A stretch of DNA of 64,000 nt from Malacoraja senta (Eukaryota), in the NCBI GenBank assembly GCA_038087875.1, contig CM075992.1:3164001-3228000 (forward strand), read 5' to 3'. The notes below the pieces were generated by a model, which saw nothing but the letters and a program-made list of their open reading frames with translations, made no database searches and was not told where the DNA came from. Positions 1 through 13,500 of this stretch are shown in pieces; position 1 is the stretch's first letter; each line of letters begins with the position of its first letter. The position numbers and the translations under genes were made by a program.

Positions 1-15
1 AGAGGGTGGTGGGTG

Positions 16-617
<602 letters not shown>

Positions 618-937
618 TAAATAATAATAAATCCTTTATTTCGAACAGACTAAAAAATATAAAGCAAGTATGAAACAGCATACAAAAAAAACACACAAAA
701 ACCTAAGAATATTTATAAAGTGTCATAAACAATATTTATAAATATATGTCTGAAAAGGAGCAGGAAGAAGCCAAAGCTTATTAATTCCCACCCCTTATTT
801 AACTGCGTATAATTATCTTATACAAATTTAAATGCATGAACGTAAAGGATATTGGGTGACAAGTGGGACAATGTCAGAAGTGGGTGCACAGGGTGACAAT
901 TCTGTCCCTTGAGAACAGTGGGTATTCCCTGCCGAGT

Positions 938-1234
938 GGGCGGCAGGGTGGCGCAGCGGTAGAGTTGCTGCCTCACAGCGCCAGAGACCCGGGTTCCATC
1001 CTGACTACGGGCGCTGTCTGTACGGAGTTTGTACGTTCTCCCCGTGACCTGCGTGGGTTTTCTCCAGGAACTCCAGCTTCCTCCCACATCCCAAGACGTA
1101 CAGGTTTGTAGGTTAATTGGCTTGGTATAAATGTAAAGATGTAGGATAGTGCTTGTCAGCCTAGATCGCTGGTCGGTGCGGACTGGGTGGGCCAAAGGGC
1201 TTGTTTCCAAGCCGTATCAACCTAAACTAAACTA
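938..1234 (+). mobile_element. HE1-like tRNA-derived V-SINE (representative; others at about 5421-5710+, 8397-8706-, 10335-10610-, 24306-25015+ interrupted, 25414-25658+, 27061-27356+, 47505-47787-, 54120-54357-, 56221-56531-, 59272-59560+)
   Basis: A box GTGGCGCAGCGGTAG, B box GGTTCCATCC, conserved core GGAGTTTGTACGTTCTCCCCGTG, LINE-like tail GGGCCAAAGGGC...(CTAAA)n. Confidence 0.85.
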
Positions 1235-1492
1235 ATTGTACTTGGTTAATGCAGTGCTGTTAGTAACTGAGCTTTTTTCTTTTTTAACATAATTCATCTA
1301 TAACTATCTTCACCATATATAGCATTCATAACGCATTTCGGCAACTCGACTATTTAAATTCTCCTGAATGAACAGGTTATTTTTACTAATTTAAACAAAG
1401 TTATTTTGTTTAACAGAGGTATTACTTCCCACGGTACTTCATTGAAGTGTCCACAATGGAGATATCAGGCCAAGTCCTGAAAGGTTTAGCGT

Positions 1493-1728
1493 GTAGGAAG
1501 GAACTGCAGATGCTGGTTTAAACCGAAGATAGACACAAAACGCAGGAGTCACTCAGCAGGTCAGGCAGCATCTCTGGAGAAAAGGAATAGGTGACATTTC
1601 AGGTGAAGAAGGGACTCGACCAGAAACGTCACCTATTCCTTCTCTCCAGAGATGCTGCCTGACCCGCTGAGTTACTCCAGCTTTTTGTGTCTATCTTCGC
1701 TATAAACCAACATCTGCGGTTCCTTCCT
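1493..1728. mobile_element. Penelope-derived fold-back (inverted terminal repeat) element (representative; others at about 6391-6665, 8084-8327, 8745-8953, 12660-12857, 14709-14930, 17106-17263, 23302-23626, 29365-29515, 29928-30078, 30344-30540, 37313-37540, 44256-44388, 47101-47287, 55672-55870)
   Basis: GGAACTGCAGATGCTGG...ACTCAGC..GCAGCATCTCTGGAGA arm followed by its reverse complement. The same sequence follows a GIY-YIG-like ORF end at 48560-49530. Confidence 0.75.
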
Positions 1729-1746
1729 TCACCTACATGGGGTTAG

Positions 1747-2019
<273 letters not shown>

Positions 2020-2371
2020 TAGCTCAGGGGCTTTGCAAGCTCGGGCACTGAGTACATCCAAGGCTGTGTGGAAACTGGCCCTTCGGCCCATCTTCCCCAC
2101 ACCGGCCAACTACACTAGTCCCACCTGCCTGCATTTGGTCCATATCCCACCAAACCTATCCTAACCATGTACCAGTCTAATTGTTTTTTAAACGTTGGGA
2201 TAGTCCCAGCTTCAATTACCTCCTCTGGCAGCTGGTTCCATCCACCCACCACACCACCCTTTGTGTGAAAAAGCTACTCCTCAGATTCCTATTAAATCTT
2301 TTCCCCTTCATCTTAAACCCACGTCCTCTGGTCCTCAACAATTCGGGGATCTATAGACCTTTGGACAGTAA

Positions 2372-2590
2372 AGGGCTTGTCCCATTTGGCGATTTTTTTT
2401 CGGCGACTGCCGGCATCATTGACCGCCATCAGGTCACCAAACACTTCGCAGCGTGACGCGGCGTGATGACGCATTGACGCGCGGTGTTTTTTCAAGTGTC
2501 GCAAGATTTTTTTTGTCGCCGCTGGAATTTGAAAAGTTCAAAATCTTTTGGCGACCCTGATATGACGCGGGCAATCGCCGAAAAAAATCA
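2372..2590. mobile_element. Truncated PIF/Harbinger-like MITE (one terminus only)
   Basis: AGGGCTTGTCCCATTT start and CpG-rich internally palindromic body; right TIR not found. Confidence 0.55.
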
Positions 2591-3727
2591 CCAGGGAATT
2601 AAGGGAATTCAGAAGGTCCAGGAATTGGTGGGAAAGTGGATGGGGTACGGGATCACCTGTGATCTTATGGAATGGCGGAGCAGGTACAATTGGCCCACTT
2701 CTGCTTCAGTTTCTTGGGTTCTTACCGTTTGCCACAAGCAGATACTCGAGCAGAGATCATCGCCTTCCATTCAGAAAAGAGTGGACAATATTTGACACCA
2801 AGGCAGTTCCAGTGTTTTGGGCAAAGCTAAGTTCTATTAGATTGCAAAATTGTCTCTTCCTATTTTCTTAGAACCAATGTATATGATTCTCTAGTGAGCA
2901 TCCTCCTGAAGTGAGACCAGGCAGGTTAAGCGAAATAGTTTTTATTCACAAACACAAGACCAAAACTCGTAAAAACCGCGTGCCTAGCTGAGCTTACGAA
3001 ACACAGCTCCTGTCGCTGGGAAGGAGCGCTGATAACTGACTAAAAGCCCGCGAACGAATCCCCTACGGTCGCGTGACCGTGCCGACCAATGACGAGGGTT
3101 CTGACTTCCCGATGTCCCGATGATGGGGAAGTCCAGAACAAGGGGTCACAGTTTAAGGATAAGGGGGAAGTCTTTTAGGACTGAGATGAGAAGAAAGAAA
3201 ATTCACACACAGAGTGGTGAATCTGTGGAATTTTCTGCCACAGAAGGTAGTTGAGGCCAGTTCATTGGCTATATTTAAGATGGAGTTAGATGCGGCCCTT
3301 GTGGCTAAAGGGATCAGGGGGTATGGAGAGAAGGCAGGTACGGGATACTGAGTTGGATGATCAGCCATGATCATATTGAATGGCGGTGCAGGCTCGAAGG
3401 GTCGAAGGGCCTACTCCTGCACCTATTTTCTATGTTTCTATGTTTCCCAGCCCCACCACTAGGTGCCGCTACATTCCCTTCTTTATCACGGCCATTGTGG
3501 GCTCCACCCTTCCTTGGCCATCTGTTGCCGGCCTTCTCCTACCTCCAGTTCTCACCCCTCTACTTTCAGTCTGATGTTGTGTTCTGACCTGAAATGTCAC
3601 CCACCCTTTTACTCCAGAGATGCTGCCTGACCCGCTGAGTTACTCCAGCACTTTGTGTCTGTCTCCAGTTAGCGTCTTGACAGGTGGAATGTGAGTAACC
3701 AGACTCTCTTTTTCTTATTTTCTTTAG

Positions 3728-3838
3728 TTTTCCGATCAACCACAGTCTTACGACGATGTTCTGAAGTATCTCAATATGGTGTTCACCATTTTGTTTTCAT
3801 GTGAATGTATTCTGAAGATTGTTGCCTTTGGAATTCTG
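3728..3838 (+). CDS. CACNA1A: CACNA1A exon 30 equivalent (IVS2), 111 bp
   Basis: Long pyrimidine tract, tttag|TTT TCC GAT ... ATT CTG|gtgagt; FSDQPQSYDDVLKYLNMVFTILFSCECILKIVAFGIL. Translated by hand; not in the ORF track. Confidence 0.93.
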
Positions 3839-4009
3839 GTGAGTACATGCCACGAGTCTGATATCATTGGCATTGGTCCCTGATGTTCTGTTCTCCTGAT
3901 AAGGGTGAAGCAGCCCTCTATCTCCGCTGGTAACTATCTTCACGAATGCACTATTTGCCAAAGGCAGCATTGAATCCAGGCGCCATCTTGCCTGATCTCA
4001 ACATCTAGG

Positions 4010-4513
4010 TACTATTGAGGGAGTGCAGCGTAGGTTTACAAGGTTAATTCCAGGGATGGCGGAACTGTCATAGGCTGAGAGAATGGAGCGGCTGGTCTTG
4101 TACACTCTGGAGTTTAGAAGGATGAGAGGGTATCTCATTGAAACATATATGATTGTTAAGGGTTTGGACATGCTAGAGGCAGGATACATGTTCCCGATGT
4201 TGGGGGAGTCCAGAACCAGGGGCCACAGTTTAAGAATAAGGAATAAGCCATTTAGAACGGAGACGAGGAAACACTTTTTCTCACAGAGAGTTGTGAGTCT
4301 GTGGAATTCTCTGCCTCAGAGGGCGGTGGAGGCCAGTTCTCTGGATACTTTCAAGAGAGAGCTAGATAGGGCTCTTAAAGATAGCGGAGTCAGGGGATAT
4401 GGGGAGAAGGCAGGAACGGGGTACTGATTGGGGATGATCAGCCATGATCACATTGAATGGCTCAAAGGACCGAATGGCCTACTCCTGCACCAATTGTCTA
4501 TTGTCTATTGTCT
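4010..4513 (+). mobile_element. CR1-type LINE 3' fragment (representative; others at about 3105-3445+, 7105-7338+, 9645-10088+, 18230-18423+, 20158-20385+, 21350-21737+, 22213-22455-, 24575-24880-, 35610-35885+, 40205-40490-, 44590-44988-, 49965-50316-, 52865-53232-)
   Basis: ORF2 C-terminus ...LEFRRMRGYLIETYMIVKGLD...RTRGHSLRI...FFSQRVVSLWNSLP..., 3' UTR ending in (CTATTGT)n. Confidence 0.9.
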
Positions 4514-5837
4514 ACACGCGTTTCCCCAATCAACATCAATATTGTTTAGTAGTAAAGCAATTGATTAGAGTCATAGAGTGATACAGCATGGATATAGGCC
4601 CTTCAGCCCTACATGCCCATGCCGACCAAGATCAACACTAGCCCCACTTGCCTGCATTTGGCCCAAATCCCACTAAGACTTTCCTAAGCATTTACTTGTC
4701 CCAACGTCTCCAAAGTACTTTGTCAGCTCAATAACATGGCAGTCAGTTGTACCATTCTACTGAATGCTTCCCTGTTTCGACCAATGCAATCAACCCGACG
4801 TGCACAAACAAATAGATCAAATAGAACAAGTTGGCCTACAACTTTAGGCTGTGCACGCCATAGGCAAGAAGAAGACTGAATGGTTTGAACCGAACCCTGG
4901 ATAGTACTTGATGTACACCACCAACAAAAGTGATCTCTGTCGATACAGCATATTTGACCCAACAGAAATATCCCAGGCAGTTCCCCAGGCCCACCATCCA
5001 TCTAAAATAGTTGCTGGGCCACATATTGGCGCAGGTGGGCCAAAGTCTGGACAAGAAGGTGGAGGAAGGGAGAGATGTAAGGAGGGTGGTCCAGAGCTGT
5101 AGATTTGTTCGCCAATATTGGAGCAACTGAACGCCAGATATTTGACAGAAGAGTGGACAGCTCGTGATTGGGGCGATGGAGGGGTTCGAAAACCAGGATG
5201 AGAACTTTAGGATGCAGCACTGTTGAATCAGGAGTCGGTGTACGTCAGGAGATAAGGCTAAGGAGGGGAGGAGGGAAGAGTCATTCAAAATTGGCACCTC
5301 CTGATTGCCATCCAATGCCAAAGGGCATGCGCGGGAACTTTGGTTTGAAGTCAACTTTGAACCAATCCTCAATGGCGCTCGTCCACTCAATGAATGAGGT
5401 CACGTGTAAGGAGCATCTCAGGGCGGCACAGTGACGCAGCGGTAGAGCTTTTGCCCCACAGCATCAGAGACCCAGGTTAGACCCTGACCTCAGGTGCTGC
5501 CCATGCGGAGTTTGCACGTTCTCCCTCTGACTGCATCGTTGCCCTCCGGGTGCTCCAGCTTCCACCCACATTCCAAAAGGCTTGGTGGGTTGATAGGTCC
5601 TCTGTAAATTGCCCCAAGGATGCGAAAGTGGAAAACACATCGAACGGGTGAATGATGGTCGGCGCGGACTCGGTGGGCCGAAGGGCCTGCTTCCGTGCTG
5701 TACCTCTGAACAAAACTACATGCGTGTGCTTGGTCGCGCAGCGGGGGGGGAGGGGGGGAGGGGGGCGGAGGAGGAATCGTTGCTTGAAAACTAACCATTG
5801 CTGAACTAACTCGTTGCTTTCTGTTGTTGCCCCACAG

Positions 5838-5921
5838 AACTATTTTCAGGATGCTTGGAATGTATTTGATTTTGTGACGGTCTTGGGCAGTGTCACTGAT
5901 ATATTAGTGACAGAGTTTTGG
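5838..5921 (+). CDS. CACNA1A: CACNA1A exon 31 equivalent (IVS3), 84 bp
   Basis: ccacag|AAC TAT TTT ... TTT TGG|gtaagt; [28 protein letters not shown]. Confidence 0.94.
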
Positions 5922-6158
5922 GTAAGTGTGCTCCAAAAGCATTTAAACTGATCTACAATGCTCGCATCTCTGCAGGAGGGGTGTACGGAGGGTTGGGGGG
6001 GGGGGGGGGGGGGGCAGCAAGGAGATGATCTTTCTTGCCTCGCATCGCCCAAGTGCGTGTTGCCTAACGTGATTAAGATGCCCGCCCCAGATGTAGTGAG
6101 ATTTAAGCCTCTTTGATGTTACAAAGTCAGGTTATTGGTGATTCATAGATCCCAGAAC

Positions 6159-6358
6159 NNNNNNNNNNNNNNNNNNNNNNNNNNNNNNNNNNNNNNNNNN
6201 NNNNNNNNNNNNNNNNNNNNNNNNNNNNNNNNNNNNNNNNNNNNNNNNNNNNNNNNNNNNNNNNNNNNNNNNNNNNNNNNNNNNNNNNNNNNNNNNNNNN
6301 NNNNNNNNNNNNNNNNNNNNNNNNNNNNNNNNNNNNNNNNNNNNNNNNNNNNNNNNNN
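6159..6358. other. Assembly gap (200 N)
   Basis: Run of N. Confidence 0.99.
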
Positions 6359-7919
6359 AAAGGGACCTGTAACTTAATGATTAAATGTTCAAGAAGGAAC
6401 TGCAGATGCTGGAAAATCGAAGGTAGACATAAATGCTGGAGAAACTCAGCGGGTTGCCAGCAGCATCTATGGAGCGAAGGAAATGGCCGTCGTTTCGGGC
6501 CGAAACCCTTCTTCAGACTTTTTTCTGGAGGGAAAACCTCTTCAAAGTAGGCATACCTTGAGAGATTTCGCAGTGGAGTCTGAGAAGGGTTTCGGCCCGA
6601 AACGTTGCCTAATTTCCTTCGCTCGCTGCCTCACTCGCTGAGTTTCTCCATCATTTTTGTCTACCCATAACTTAATGACAATGTGTTACGGGGAGGAAAG
6701 GGTGAATGTTTATTGTTGAGGATGATGTGTGCGTAAATGGAGTTGGCTCTGTAAACATGAAGGGGGGTGTTTGCTAATTGTCTATTTCAGGTTTACCCCT
6801 TGGAAAGGTACGTGTGAAAGTGTGTGAACGGGAGCATATTCAGTGTTTCTGGACTTTTTTTTTCGCTGCATGCCTGATTGATCCATGATCACAGTGATGG
6901 ATTGGTTCGACTCCAGTACCTGGCAACATGCGGGAACTGGACACATCGTGGGGATTAGTTCTTGCTGTGTCCAGGCCCGGTTAGAATCAAAGTTGTGCCA
7001 TTGAACATTAGCCCCCTGTACTATCGACCTCGAAGATTAATGGAAGCAGGCCAAGTGTGCCCACCCTCTTGTGTGGGAGTCTTGCTCACTTAACCCACAG
7101 TCTTTTCTCACAGAGAGTGGTGAGTCTGTGGAATTCTCTGCCTCAGAGGGGCGTGGAGTGCCGGTTCTCTGGATGCTTTCAAGAGAGAGCTAGATAGAGC
7201 TCTTAAAGATGGGGATATGGGGAGAAGGCAGGAACGGGGGTACTGATTGGGGATGACCAGCCATGATCACATTGAATGGCGGTGCTGGCTCGAAGGGCAC
7301 GAATGGCCTACTCCTGCACCTATTGTCTATTGTCTATTCACCCCGATGCTCAAATTTGGGATCCTGCAAGTTTAATGACCACAATTTGCATTATGTTGCC
7401 TGTAGTTAGCTCTCTCTGTACAAATGGCAGCACCTTGCTCGAGGGTAAAGTTCAAAGCCATGTACAAGGATGAGTGTCCCTCCCCAATCCACACTGTGAA
7501 CCATTCCTGTGTGTACCAGTGTGTCGTTATTGTATTAAAGAAGGAACTGCAGATGCTGGAAAATCGAAGGTACACAAAAATGCTGGAGAAACTCAGCTGA
7601 GTTTCTCCAGCATTTTTGTGTACCTGTCGTTATTGTATGTTGATGTAGATCATCAGCAGAGAAAGAAAGAAAGCCAGGTGCTGTTAATGATTGACTTTTT
7701 ATCTTGTTTTATCTTTTCACATGCTGTCTTTAATCTGTGCTTAAATGGCTCAACGCCCGTCTGAAATAACTCATCCAATCAAAATGCACTATGAAATTCA
7801 TGTGTCCATCCATGTATGCGTGCGTCTCTGTCTCCATGCCAACTAATTTTATAAACGGGTTGCAAACCAATCCCAATGCAATCCAATTCCAATCATCCAT
7901 CAACAACATCTACATATAG

Positions 7920-7925
7920 ACCACG
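7920..7925 (+). CDS. CACNA1A: Candidate 6-nt microexon (exon 31a/31* equivalent) encoding Thr-Thr in the IVS3-S4 loop
   Basis: tatag|ACCACG|gttggt, phase 0. About 240 nt AG-free upstream (7678-7917), a YCAY cluster and AACTAAT at 7841. It sits in the intron where mammalian Cav2.1 NP and Cav2.2 ET microexons lie. Confidence 0.7.
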
Positions 7926-8249
7926 GTTGGTTTGTAACTTTTTGAGCCTAATGCATTCACGATCTAAGTACCCTTGGCATGGCACGCACTGCTGAACTGT
8001 GAACTGCTGTTGCTACCTTGCATTGTGTTATTTGGCATGGCTTGCAGACTCCCCCAAATCATTTCCGAATCATAGACATGTTTCAGAAGGAACTGCAGAT
8101 GCTGGGAAAATCGAAGGCAGATAAAAAAATGCTGGAGAAACTCAGCGGGTGAGGCAGCATCCATCTATGAGAGTGAAGGAATAGCTGACGTTTCAGGTCG
8201 AGACCCTTCTTCAGACTGCCCCCCCCCCTCCCCCACCTTCCACATCAGT

Positions 8250-8277
8250 CTGAAGAAGGGTCTCGACCCGAAACGTC
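8250..8277 (+). ncRNA. Minimal hammerhead-ribozyme-like motif in Penelope-derived repeat (identical cores at 12761-12788+, 14770-14797-, 39896-39923-)
   Basis: CTGAAGA-A-GGGTC.TC.GACCC-GAAAC-GTC: CUGANGA and GAAA core boxes flank a stem II hairpin, with palindromic ACGT helix III and a GUC site. Helix I is weak. Confidence 0.55.
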
Positions 8278-11200
8278 ACCTATTTCCTTCGCTCCATAGA
8301 TGCTGCCTCACCCGCTGAGCATTTTTATCAACCTTCCAAATCATAGAGAGTTAGTTTTACCAACGCATTACCATAGGCCTGCACAAAGCAGAAGCTTAGT
8401 TTAGTTGTAGTCTCGAGACACAGCGCGGAAACAGGCCCTTCGGCCCACCGAGTCCGCACCAACCAGCGATCCCCGTACACTAACACTGTTCCACACGCAC
8501 TGGGGGACAATTTATATTTAAGCCAAGCCTATTAACCTACAAACCTGTACGTCTTTGGAGTGTGGGAGGAAAAAGAAGATCTCGGAGAAAAGCCACGCAG
8601 GTCACGGGTGAGAAGGTACAAACTCCGTACGGACAAGCACCCGTAGTCGGGATGGAACCCAAGTCTCTGCCGCTGTATAGGCAGCAACTCTTCCTCTGCG
8701 ACACTGTGCATGTACTGCACGCCCCGCGTGTAGTATCCACATGCGTAGGAAGGAACTGCAGATGCTGGTTTACACCAAAGCCAGACACAAAATGCTGGAT
8801 TAACTCAGCGGGACAGGCAGCATCTCTGGAGAGAAGGAAATGGGTGACGTTTCGGGTCGAGAAGACTGGAGAAGGGTCTCGACCCGAAATGTCACCCATT
8901 CCCTCTCTCCAGAGATGCTGCCTGTCCTGCTGAGCTACTCCAGCATTTTGTGCCTAACAATAGGCCCTAGTTTGTGTTTTAGTTTAGTTGAGAGATACAC
9001 CGTGGAAAGAGGCCCTTCGGCCCACCGAGTCCATGCCGGGCTCCACCGCTCTCTAACAGGCACTAACACTCCACCGAATCCGCAGCGGACCCGAAACGTC
9101 ACCCATTACATCTCTCCAGAGAAGCTGCGCTGTCCGCTGAGTTACTCCAGCATTTTGTGTCTATCTTGAATATTAATTCGTCCATTCTAAAAGATCCCCA
9201 GTATGTCAAAGACTGCTGTACTAAAGTCTTCTGACCACAGTTTTATTTTCCCAATCACTCAATTCATAAATTATAGGAGCAGAACGAGGCTATTCGGCCC
9301 CTCAAGTCGACTCCGCCATTCAATCATGGCTGATCTATCTTTCCCTCTGAAACCCATTCTCCTGCCTTCTCCCCCATAACCCCAGCCCCCCCTCCCACAC
9401 CCCCTCCCCAATAGTCAAGAATCCAGCAATGTCCACCTTAAAAATATCCATTAACTTGGCCTCCACAGCAATCAATTCCACAAATTCACCACCCTCTGTC
9501 TGAAGAAATTCTTCCTCAATCCATTAGTATCTAGGTAATTTGATTATTCTGTGCAGACAGATTCCACTACCACCTGTATTAGTGCCTTAGACCCACTTCG
9601 ACAAGAGATTTTATGCCCCATTAATGCAAATATGCGACTGGGCTTATATTTACTGGAATTTAAATCTTATAGAAATATATAAAATTCTTATGGGATTGGA
9701 CAGGCTAGAGGGGACTGGGCAATGCAGTCTGCCTTTAATCTCGGATCCTCATCTTGCCTTTTGCAGGAAAATTGTTCCCCATGTTGGGGGAGTCCAGAAC
9801 CAGGGGGTCACAGTTTAAGAATAAGGGGTCGGCCATTTAGGACTGAGATTAGGAAGAACTTTTTCACCCAAAGTGTTGTGAATCTGTGGAATTCTCTGCC
9901 ACAGAAGGCAGTAGAGGCCAATCCACTAGATGTTTTCAAGACAGTTAGATGTAGCTTATGGAATCAAGGGATATGGGGAGAAAGCAGGAACGGGGTACTG
10001 ATTTTGGATGATCAGCCGCGATTATATTGAATGGCAGTGCTGGCTCGAAGGGCCGAATGGCCTCTTCCTGCACCTGTTTTCTATGTTTCAAAATCCAACA
10101 TTAATCCCACGAATCTCACCTGTGAACCTGTCCACCAAACCTTTGCCTCTGGTTACTGCTCACCTAATCTCCTGACCCAGATCAAAAGATTTGCTTTAGT
10201 CAGTAAAGGGATTTGGCGGCTGGCAGTGAGAAAAACCGCAAGGAATAAATAGGATTACAACAAAGCCAACAGATGATCAGCAAAGTCAGTGATGAAACCA
10301 TAACCCAAGGAACAGAAGCTGACACTAGTATCTTTAGACTTTAGAGACGCAGGGCAGAAACAGGCCCTTCGGTCCACACCGACCAGCGATCACCCCGTAC
10401 ACTAGCACTATCCTACACACTAGGAACAATTTACAAATTTACCGAAGCCAATTAACCTACAAACCTGTACGTCTTTGGACTGTGAGAAGAAACCCAAGCA
10501 CCCTGGGAAAATCCGTGCAGGTCACGGGAGAATGTACAAACTCTGTATGGACAGCACCTGTAGTCAGGATCAAAGCCAGGTCCCTGGCACAGTACGGCAG
10601 CAACTGCCCTCAAATGGAGTGTCTTACATTCATTCACATGTTTGAGATGGATGGCTGTTTAAATCTTTAGAATCAAAAGCTCCTTCGGATTGCGTTTCAG
10701 CCTCTAGTCATCGGGCTTCACTTCCTGCTTTGGACTCTTCCACCGCGACTGTGTGTGCATGTGCCTGACTGTGCTAATGCTGCCAATTTACCCTGTGAAA
10801 TATCCATGGACAATGGATAAGAATCCTTCATTACGAACAGCAATATCCCAGAACAGACTAGCACGGGTGTCAGGGGCTATGGGGAGTAGGCAGGAGAATG
10901 GGGTTGAGAGGGAGAGAGTAGATCATCCACGATTGAATGGCGGAGTAGACTTGATGGGCCGAATGGCCTCATTCTGCTCCTATAACGTATGAACATGAGA
11001 GATTAATAGCTCTGACAATTTATGTGCAATTATTTTACAAGTTAAAACTGATAAATTGTCAGATAACAAAATCCTTCTTTGAATGAGTAAGTAAATAACC
11101 CTGTTGAATAATGGGTTAGTACCAACTTTTAGCCTCCACGTTTAGTTTTGTTTAGAGATGCAGCATGGAAACAGGCCCTTCAGCCCACCTTGTCCACACC

Positions 11201-11305
11201 GCCCATTCATCACCCGCACACTAGTCCAATGTTAAGCATCCTACACACAAGGGGCAATTTACGAGGGGCTGATGTAACTCACAGAGTTGCACCTCTTTGG
11301 GATGT

Positions 11306-11336
<31 letters not shown>

Positions 11337-12030
11337 ACGCGGTCACAGGGTGAACTCCATCCTCACCCCTTGACAACTGTTACTAAGCCAGGTCTAGAGT
11401 TTAGATCCAGCTTGCCTTGGATCTCACTGGGTCTAAACCTTGCGGACCTGACTTCCGTAAGTGACCTTGTGGGAAGTCCAGAGACAGGACCAGAGCAAGC
11501 ATTGAAAGGATATTGTAAATCTAACGTTGGGGGGAGAGGCAACAGCAAGATGAAGGATTCATTGGTTTTATTTTGATTATTTATTGCTCTTTGCCCTTTC
11601 TGTGTGCGGGGATAGTGAGAGTTGGGTCATCGGGATTGATGGACAACGGCATGAGCGGAAATGTTAATTAGCTGCATGCATTTCAAAAGAGCTGCTGATT
11701 TATCCAAGCCCCAACCACCCCAACCCCCCCACCCCCCACCCTCCCCCCACCCACCCTCCCAGCTCTATACAAAGACAGATTCTAGGTTGCTGCATTTTTC
11801 TCTTGCACGACAGACAAGGGAGTCTACACTTAATGATAAGAGTTGCGCTTTGATATCTACAGTGTGCTTGCCTATCGTGCTTACGGTGCATCTTTGCTGC
11901 GTGGTAGACGCCACATTATGCCTTGCTTGTGTCAAAGAACAGTGCATTTGGTAGTGTTAAAAATATATAGATATGCAAATATTTATATATCTTTTAACAC
12001 CTTAACGAGGAAACCCGTTCCTTCCCATGA

Positions 12031-12991
<961 letters not shown>

Positions 12992-13138
12992 TCAAGATGC
13001 CCACCCCTGTTAACAATACAGTGTACCTGTCGATGGTGCAGGTTTTGCAGTGGTAATTCAGTTTAGTTTTGTCTATTATTGTCACGTGCACCAAGCTACA
13101 GTGAAAATCTTTTCTTTGTTGCAGCGGAAAGACTATAC

Positions 13139-13500
13139 TTTTTTAAAATGTCAAAATGTACTTTATTCGAGAGATAAATATATAACAATACATGATCCTT
13201 ACATTCTCGGAGGCTATACATACATTCCAATACTGCTTACACAAATTATACAATCTACTTTTTCCCCCCAATCATGTGGCCCATTGGCGTGGAATCCCTT
13301 CCCTTTATTTTGAGGGGCGTCTCCACCACACCCTGCCCCCCATGTCCAGCAGCGGAAGGACCCTAGACTGTGGTCCTCCCCCACTGAGCCTTGGTGTTGG
13401 CTGCACCGAGCTTCAGTGCGTCCCTCAGCACGTACTCCTGCAGTCTGCAGCGGGCCAGTCGGCAACATTCCCCGACGGACATCTCGCTCCGCTGGGAGGT
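13139..13500 (-). mobile_element. Tx1-like LINE 3' end inserted in a Rex1-type tail
   Basis: Minus strand TSQRSEMSVGECCRLARCRLQEYVLRDALKLGAANTKAQWGRTTV*, AATAAA and an A tail, TSD CTATAC (13133-13138, 13501-13506). Confidence 0.75.

Noticed and set aside
938..1010. tRNA gene
   Set aside because: A/B boxes run straight into a SINE core and tail; more than ten such copies; no clean cloverleaf
2878..3110. Possible LTR remnant (TGT end, minus-strand AATAAA, CpG-rich)
   Set aside because: No second terminus, TSD or PBS visible; cannot be supported without a library search
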